From: a virus
Lineage: Duplodnaviria; Caudoviricetes
Virus record (IMG/VR): IMGVR_UViG_3300033069_001465
Reading direction: 5' to 3' (one strand)
DNA: 64,000 bases
The notes beneath the pieces were generated by a model. It was not told where the DNA came from. It worked only from the letters and a program-made list of their open reading frames with translations, and did no database searches. Both the position numbers and the translations under genes were made by a program. Shown here one piece after another: positions 59,001-64,000 of the stretch; the stretch's first letter is position 1; every line of letters starts with the position of its first letter.

Positions 59001-62000
59001 CTACATCAGATGATACAGTATTGCGGATAAATGCAACAAGTAGGACTGAATATACAAGTTATTCAATTACAGGTTTACAACACACAATGATATATGAGCC
59101 AGTCGGCAGCTCTATTTATGTAATGGGATCAACTTTAAATCAAATTAACAATAATACGGTTACTGCAATTGTTAGTATATCAAGTGGATTATTTTCTGAC
59201 ATTTTATATGATAACATTAATCAAGAAATTATAATATCAAGAGATTCCTATTTCGGATCTGTTGGTTTAGATAATTCACTTATTTATAATTTAGGTAGTT
59301 TAGAATATGGACAATTAATAATGAATCAATATGATGAAAGGATTTATATGGCTAGTCAAACTAGTAGTGAGGTTATCATAATAGATCCACTGAGTGGAAA
59401 TGTTAAGAATACGATTATACTACCAGCTTCTGCATCAAAACTAACATATAATCCATTAAGAAGATCTATATGGGGTATATTGCCTTCTATTAATCAAATA
59501 GTTGAAATACTTGTTGAGTTATCAATTTTTATAGTTGTTTATCCACCTTCTTACAATGGTATATATGATTCACAATATGGCACACTTTCAGAAGATTATT
59601 CTCCAAAAGGAGGAATATGGTTGAAAACTCGTGATTATATTAGAAGGCCAAGAGAAAACTATATAGGTGAAAACCAAGTTCAATATGTTTGGAGATGGTT
59701 AACTGACGATGTTCCTGAGATGTTTATGTATGATTTTTCTGGTAAACAATTACCTACTACAGGGGCGTATGCTTATATAGGCGAAAAACCGTTAGAAAAT
59801 ATTAATCTTAATAAATATTCCAACAAAGATATAGGTAAAACAGCTTCTTCCGCTTATCAGCAAACAATTTTTAGTGAGATTGTAGAGGATATTGATTATA
59901 TCAATTCAAGTACAAATATATCATATACTCCAGAGCCATTAGAGTTATTCTTAGGATTTAACTCACAAGATGAAGGAACTGTATTTTCTACACTTCTTTT
60001 ATACAAAAGAGAAAATGTGAACTTTTCTATTGTAACAGATTCTTCAAATCTTAATAATATAACATTTTCTGTAGTGTTAACTAATTATGGAACATCTTAT
60101 GGTACAATTACATTGGATTCTAATTCAACCGAAAATTTTTTGTATGATTCTAATGACATTTCAAGAGGATTAAAAGTTGATCAGGAAATAATAATATTTG
60201 TAAAAGATAATACAAATACTAAGAATAAATACATTTCTTTTAATAATGGAATCAGAGTAAAAATTACCGAAATATACTTAAGAGAAATTATTGTTAAGTT
60301 TATAAGTGGAGTGTTTACAGATGAATCAACTACTGTTTCTGATTATCCAACTACTGGAAAACTAACTTATATGACTACTACGTTTAAAGTAATGGATAGA
60401 GAGATAGGTAGATTCTATGTAAATGGTGAAACTGAAATAGAAGATATTCGTTATAAAACCGAATTAACAAATGCTGGTAAAAATATAACAGCAGATGATG
60501 CATTTATATTTAAAACATATGATATAAATGAACAAGGAGTAGATTGGGGATTATTAAATAGAAAGCGAAAAGAAATGTTAATGGTTAAGGATGACATATT
60601 TCCATATGTTGGTTCTTATAAAGCTATAATAAACGCAATTAATTATTTTGGATATAATGATTTAGAATTATATGAATATTATAGAAATATAAATCCATAT
60701 TCTAAAGATTTAGGAAAATTATATAAAGTAGAAATTCCTGACATTTTTGATAATAGTGTTGCTGGCTGGAATGAGAGTGATTTTATTAAGCACACCATGC
60801 CAAATCCTAACTATGAGGATACAAATTTATTTAATCTAACCTACAATATAACTGATAAAGATGGTAATAATGTATTATTATATTCATTACCAGAAGTATT
60901 AATTAAATTACAAGGCTTAAAATATTGGTTACAAAGAAATGTTATCCCTTTATCACATAGGATATTAGATATTACTGGTAGAGCAGACTTTGTTGGACCT
61001 AATTCAATTGTTCATAAAAGTTATGATGCCACTATATTTAATGTTAAACAATCATTATCACCAATTGATTTTAGTGTTAATGAAGCATATTTAATGCCAG
61101 TTAATTCTGGAAGCACAGTTTATAATGTTGTAGTTGATTTTTATAATCAAGCAATTGATTCGATAACAAATTATTTTTCTGTTAATGAAGTCCCTGATTA
61201 TTTTGACTTAAGAATAAGAACATACAAAACATATCCAGAATGGCGTCCATTTAAAACATATCAAAATGGAGATATTGTTTCTTACTATCAACAAATATAT
61301 GAATCTGTCATTGATGGAAATAGAATAAATGATCCAAGAAAATATCAAAATTCAGAATCATGGAATATAAACTTTGATTATATACAAGGTCAGATTGTTG
61401 AGTATAAGAGAAATTTCTACGAGTTTATTGGAACTCAATCGGTTTTATTATCTGGAACAAGTTCAGTTAAGAGTCCTTTTACAGATGTTCTAAATTCACT
61501 AGGAAATTGGACTGATATAACTGAGTGGAGAAAATTAGATTATACCCCGGTTCAAACTATAAATGAATATAGAACTGGCACGCATTCTTTTCTTTTTACA
61601 GTTGATACAAACATTGATCCTTTTATAACATTTGAAGTAACAAGTGATAACGGATATGGTCAAATTTATACATCTAAAAAGAATTATGAGTTAAGAAGTC
61701 TACTCGATATTGATGAAGGAGTGGGTGAATTGGATGAAATAGGGCCAATTAGGGTATATAATTTATTAACAAGTACAACAACAAGTACAACAACAGTCCC
61801 AAGTGTATTAATATATGATTGGCAACCAATTGATGAAATATGCCAGGATACTGGTATTACTACTACAACTACCACGACTACCACGACAACAACTACTACG
61901 ACAAGTACGACAACAACTACCACGACAGTTGTATGTTGTGGACTAACTGTAAGTAGTGCAACCTATAGTGTCGCAAGTAATGTTGGTGTTATAGTTAGTA

Positions 62001-62542
62001 TTTCAGGATTGGCTGATTGTGGATCTTGTAGTGGTATAACTCTTGGATATAGTGCTGATGATATCACATATAACTATGTCAGCATTGGATGTACATCTTC
62101 TTATGAGCTGGCTGTATCAAATACTCAAGATTGGTACTTCAAGGTACTTAAATCTTGTGGTGTTGTTAGCTCTCCTTGGTCTGATGTATATCACTATTTT
62201 GCTAGACCATTAGATTGTACTCTATCTGGAACCTATAGTATTAGTAATACATATACACTTATAAATACAAGTAATACTCCTTTAAATATAACACTAATAC
62301 TATTTGACTTATCAGGCACACACACGATTTTAAATAATGTTGCATTTACAACATCAACATCTGGATCTAGTATTTACTTACCAGCTACTGATGCTTATAT
62401 GTTACAATTATCTATAACTGGTGGTTTAATCAGTGGAACTCCGATTTGTAACGGATCGAATGGCGTGGTATCTGGAACATTTGACTCCTGTACTTGGGGA
62501 AATGTTTATGGACCATTAGAAATAAACTTTATAGCTAGCTAA
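56075..62542 (+). CDS. Large baseplate/tail structural protein (2155 aa) with a beta-propeller-like region and poly-Thr linkers
   Basis: Baseplate-wedge-like IFPYVGSYKAIINAINYFGY..L.LYEYY; YVTN-like repeats; carbohydrate-binding-like W..Y..GDIV.Y segments; Thr runs. Confidence 0.7.
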   Translation: MQSLAFFDKEGNYLNFRYDDISQTYNGDLMFHENSSDTFKTIGLYVFEKIPSFEYESNILSLEKFQLFNEYGFNITGNSYQLQPISRIEAVNNDPNFRSKWIYGVNFESKYPIGSEVIFNSSIFEFSSPLKSYTVVSSKKGAIMVISGLDNQSFNILYETSIGLTSSYENKTISGLNSIGISSYVNSILNDNLSLWSEPKFYSMIYNGRKLNIVNTTKNDSVVTVKNSNVLDKVHYQYYVDSLHLPNNSDLIIEAILKTDLPEIYKGPLTVQTDRIEFGNDVPRILKSGTQLVIGNSTNNTNFINVSTIPTFLGNTQLTYYATASQVLYDNLIYQCVQAYTQSGTSSINPGSASYWTSNITYLPVDETLTAETLLYGEIYLTTNKLYYGVSASGLSASNNNELVLAFAGDKYKEDFSFLNIDLYYYNKALYANLNYSSEYATVNFYHTKVGATYSIGTTIKTYEKTIEVEETLKTELNKDISERYSYNIVFTDIDEYGIVVNINGMVYQQEVQWVYAGLNVDMERTVDKTLRAWLSKHAVTLHRLGIECNLDYLVNFPYIYFDSIVLKTVYPNVPIIFDVLVGTTANFYIQHSNVVFYEIGNALSLTINNREYGVTFSTDIPTTLSNWIDAYSTTLDDYRIYTSFINNTLYFNVKEQDKTLDYTITVGKSSLPGNGSVKINNKIKGNLGALITSNAVILLSTTQSATQSFYDVNGASAGDTGFATGMITGINNTIYPFDNQEYNLLEVETDRLVLSYQGPFWGGTPSLISSPFTNVSFSGGFSYSIIQISGTGGSSSIELGAYDQSEFDYSFDIIRGDSSTYTSTFIGSTTNMIDLVYVNTSEYLYILGDAIKIYDGLSGDYYDTIVLPGLSQSLKLVYNNVDDYLYALTTTRLYKIEPSTNLIINTHTYSVPYTPYDAVVNTTNGDIYISYSGYTYLEVLDIYGVKHGLTSSFVGATYGTYRLAYNQFEDDVYVTTSDDTVLRINATSRTEYTSYSITGLQHTMIYEPVGSSIYVMGSTLNQINNNTVTAIVSISSGLFSDILYDNINQEIIISRDSYFGSVGLDNSLIYNLGSLEYGQLIMNQYDERIYMASQTSSEVIIIDPLSGNVKNTIILPASASKLTYNPLRRSIWGILPSINQIVEILVELSIFIVVYPPSYNGIYDSQYGTLSEDYSPKGGIWLKTRDYIRRPRENYIGENQVQYVWRWLTDDVPEMFMYDFSGKQLPTTGAYAYIGEKPLENINLNKYSNKDIGKTASSAYQQTIFSEIVEDIDYINSSTNISYTPEPLELFLGFNSQDEGTVFSTLLLYKRENVNFSIVTDSSNLNNITFSVVLTNYGTSYGTITLDSNSTENFLYDSNDISRGLKVDQEIIIFVKDNTNTKNKYISFNNGIRVKITEIYLREIIVKFISGVFTDESTTVSDYPTTGKLTYMTTTFKVMDREIGRFYVNGETEIEDIRYKTELTNAGKNITADDAFIFKTYDINEQGVDWGLLNRKRKEMLMVKDDIFPYVGSYKAIINAINYFGYNDLELYEYYRNINPYSKDLGKLYKVEIPDIFDNSVAGWNESDFIKHTMPNPNYEDTNLFNLTYNITDKDGNNVLLYSLPEVLIKLQGLKYWLQRNVIPLSHRILDITGRADFVGPNSIVHKSYDATIFNVKQSLSPIDFSVNEAYLMPVNSGSTVYNVVVDFYNQAIDSITNYFSVNEVPDYFDLRIRTYKTYPEWRPFKTYQNGDIVSYYQQIYESVIDGNRINDPRKYQNSESWNINFDYIQGQIVEYKRNFYEFIGTQSVLLSGTSSVKSPFTDVLNSLGNWTDITEWRKLDYTPVQTINEYRTGTHSFLFTVDTNIDPFITFEVTSDNGYGQIYTSKKNYELRSLLDIDEGVGELDEIGPIRVYNLLTSTTTSTTTVPSVLIYDWQPIDEICQDTGITTTTTTTTTTTTTTTSTTTTTTTVVCCGLTVSSATYSVASNVGVIVSISGLADCGSCSGITLGYSADDITYNYVSIGCTSSYELAVSNTQDWYFKVLKSCGVVSSPWSDVYHYFARPLDCTLSGTYSISNTYTLINTSNTPLNITLILFDLSGTHTILNNVAFTTSTSGSSIYLPATDAYMLQLSITGGLISGTPICNGSNGVVSGTFDSCTWGNVYGPLEINFIAS
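61771..61927 (+). repeat. Poly-threonine (ACN)n coding tracts
   Basis: TSTTTSTTT and about 23 near-consecutive Thr codons; a similar tract lies at about 62763-62792. Confidence 0.9.
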
Positions 62543-62558
62543 AAAAAATATATAAAAT

Positions 62559-63491
62559 ATGTCATTTACAGGATATAAAATTTACTTAAATAGGAGAAGA
62601 TTAATATTAGATGAGAATGGTACCATTTTTTATAATGGTCTAACTTGGTCATCTGATTTAACTGAACCAAATTCAGATATACTTGGTAACGCAATATTAT
62701 CTGGACTTGGACCCTATTTTCCAAACGTATATGATATTACATCCTGTCCGTTAGGAGGTGCATCAACAACCACAACAACCACAACAACTACGCTGCCGCC
62801 TGGATTTATTTTAAGTTTTGAAACCATGCTGCCTGGAAGTTTTCCATCTACACAATCTTTTAGTGCAGGTTATAACTTATCTCCAATATCATCTGTATAT
62901 TCATCAAATGAAAATACAATTATATTAAATTATGGTGAAACAGAAGTGAATTTTTCATTTGAATCATTTTGGAATTCGGGATTTAATATTCCATCCGATA
63001 ACCTATCGGCAATACAATTTTTAGAATCAATATTTACTGCACCTGGATGCACAACCATATTAAATTATTATACACAAGATTCGACTCTATTATGGAATGT
63101 TACAATCACAGGTATAACTGAAAATAAAACTGTGACATTTAGAGAGACGTTACCAATAGAATTTGTGGTAAGTCAACCTGATTTACAAATAAACAGTTTT
63201 GGTATATATGACGGGGTTACCTATTTTAGTGATTACACTGTTAATGCAAATAATTCAAACTCACCAGTGCAATACGGTATTTACTATAATAGATTTCTAT
63301 ATCAAATGTTTAGTACTGCTGACATATTTGTAAATTGTACAAATACTTCAGGTGCATCAACTGATTGTTATAACAATTATTTTGATTTTAATGTATCTAT
63401 ACCAATTGGTACTAGTGAGTATATATTTGGTGGGTTTAATCCAAGTTATTCTACAACAATGCAAATATCAATGCCAGGTACACCTCCTTAA
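62559..63491 (+). CDS. Putative tail/virion-surface protein with a poly-Thr linker
   Basis: ORF track; STTTTTTTTTLPP; beta-rich composition; follows the baseplate gene. Confidence 0.65.
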   Translation: MSFTGYKIYLNRRRLILDENGTIFYNGLTWSSDLTEPNSDILGNAILSGLGPYFPNVYDITSCPLGGASTTTTTTTTTLPPGFILSFETMLPGSFPSTQSFSAGYNLSPISSVYSSNENTIILNYGETEVNFSFESFWNSGFNIPSDNLSAIQFLESIFTAPGCTTILNYYTQDSTLLWNVTITGITENKTVTFRETLPIEFVVSQPDLQINSFGIYDGVTYFSDYTVNANNSNSPVQYGIYYNRFLYQMFSTADIFVNCTNTSGASTDCYNNYFDFNVSIPIGTSEYIFGGFNPSYSTTMQISMPGTPP

Positions 63492-63524
63492 CTATGAAAA
63501 TTAATAAAAAATTTATAAACTAAA

Positions 63525-64000
63525 ATGCCACAAACAACAAGAAAGATATTTGTACAACTAACATCAGCTGGATCTGATACTGGACCTTTTGATGTAAGTG
63601 ATTCATTTGCGAATATTATTGATACAAATGTTCCAAAAGCGGATTTATTATCCCCTGGATATGGAAAAACATATAGTGTAAATTTAAGCGCAACTTATGT
63701 TAGATTACAATCTAATGGATTATGTTCTGGATATACGGATATAAATTTAGATCCTGTTACGATAGTTTCCACAAGTGTAAATTTAAATTGGAATCTTGGA
63801 ACAACTATTGGTGGTAGATTAGTTGTCATAAATAATACAACAAGTACGACTATGCTAACTAAAGATACCAATGGTACTTCTACATTAAGTGGGTCGATAG
63901 TATTGTCTTTTGGAAATTCATATACAATATCCGGAAGATGGACTAGTGGAAGCGGAAATACTATTCGATATAGAGTCTGTGATATGGATAATTCAACGGA
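63525..64000 (+). CDS. Partial structural (tail fibre-like) protein running off the window end (MPQTTRKIFVQLTSAGSDTGPFDVS...)
   Basis: Manually translated open frame from ATG 63525; Thr/Ser/Gly-rich beta composition. Confidence 0.65.
   Translation, partial: MPQTTRKIFVQLTSAGSDTGPFDVSDSFANIIDTNVPKADLLSPGYGKTYSVNLSATYVRLQSNGLCSGYTDINLDPVTIVSTSVNLNWNLGTTIGGRLVVINNTTSTTMLTKDTNGTSTLSGSIVLSFGNSYTISGRWTSGSGNTIRYRVCDMDNST

Noticed and set aside
61684-61923. Poly-Val ORF on the minus strand
   Set aside because: Antisense shadow of the poly-Thr tract in the 2155-aa gene
1-64000. Alternative genetic code (TAG/TGA recoding as in some large phages)
   Set aside because: Core genes (TerL, sheath, 2155-aa protein) are full-length in code 11, and TAG/TGA appear as normal stops at tight gene junctions
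1-64000. tRNA, rRNA, group I intron or intein
   Set aside because: No cloverleaf/T-loop pattern or GC-rich structured intergenic region was seen by eye, and no core gene appears split or has intein termini. A tRNAscan/Infernal run would be needed to exclude them formally.

Overview
This is a very AT-rich, gene-dense segment of a large T4-like (myovirus/jumbo-type) phage genome read in the standard genetic code. The host is probably a Bacteroidota member, inferred from the absence of Shine-Dalgarno motifs, a TTTG-N20-TAnnTTTG promoter and a Bacteroidota-like ClpS. Core genes are scattered across both strands: gp25-like wedge, clamp loader, gp15-like tail terminator, gp55-like late sigma factor, terminase large subunit, tail sheath, tail tube, Mre11/gp47 and a 2155-aa baseplate/tail protein. 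Between them lie five free-standing homing-endonuclease-like genes, a glycosyltransferase/methyltransferase cluster and a compact RHH + 4x9-bp repeat + DNA methyltransferase + putative restriction endonuclease module. The dominant unexplained signal is that about 36 otherwise diverse ORFs start with the same short N-terminal peptide (consensus M-K-[YH]-[LI]-K-x-[FY]-E-[SNA]). These include a nucleotidyltransferase, an isochorismatase-fold hydrolase, two HEXXH proteases, a SAM methyltransferase, an AAA ATPase and two paralogous small-domain families. The peptide also recurs internally at domain junctions, and it is absent from all recognisable replication, tail and mobile genes. Many of these genes start a few nt downstream of a conserved (T/A)(A/T)ATATATA late-promoter-like box. 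I interpret this, as inference, as a large capsid-loading/protease-processing address-tag system for virion-delivered effectors, whose promoter+tag DNA unit appears to be shuffled between genes. A second, C-terminal motif (R-[DE]-x-K-[LI]-x-x-I-[LI]) marks three other proteins. No tRNA, rRNA or CRISPR array was seen. All family assignments are by motif recognition, not database search.
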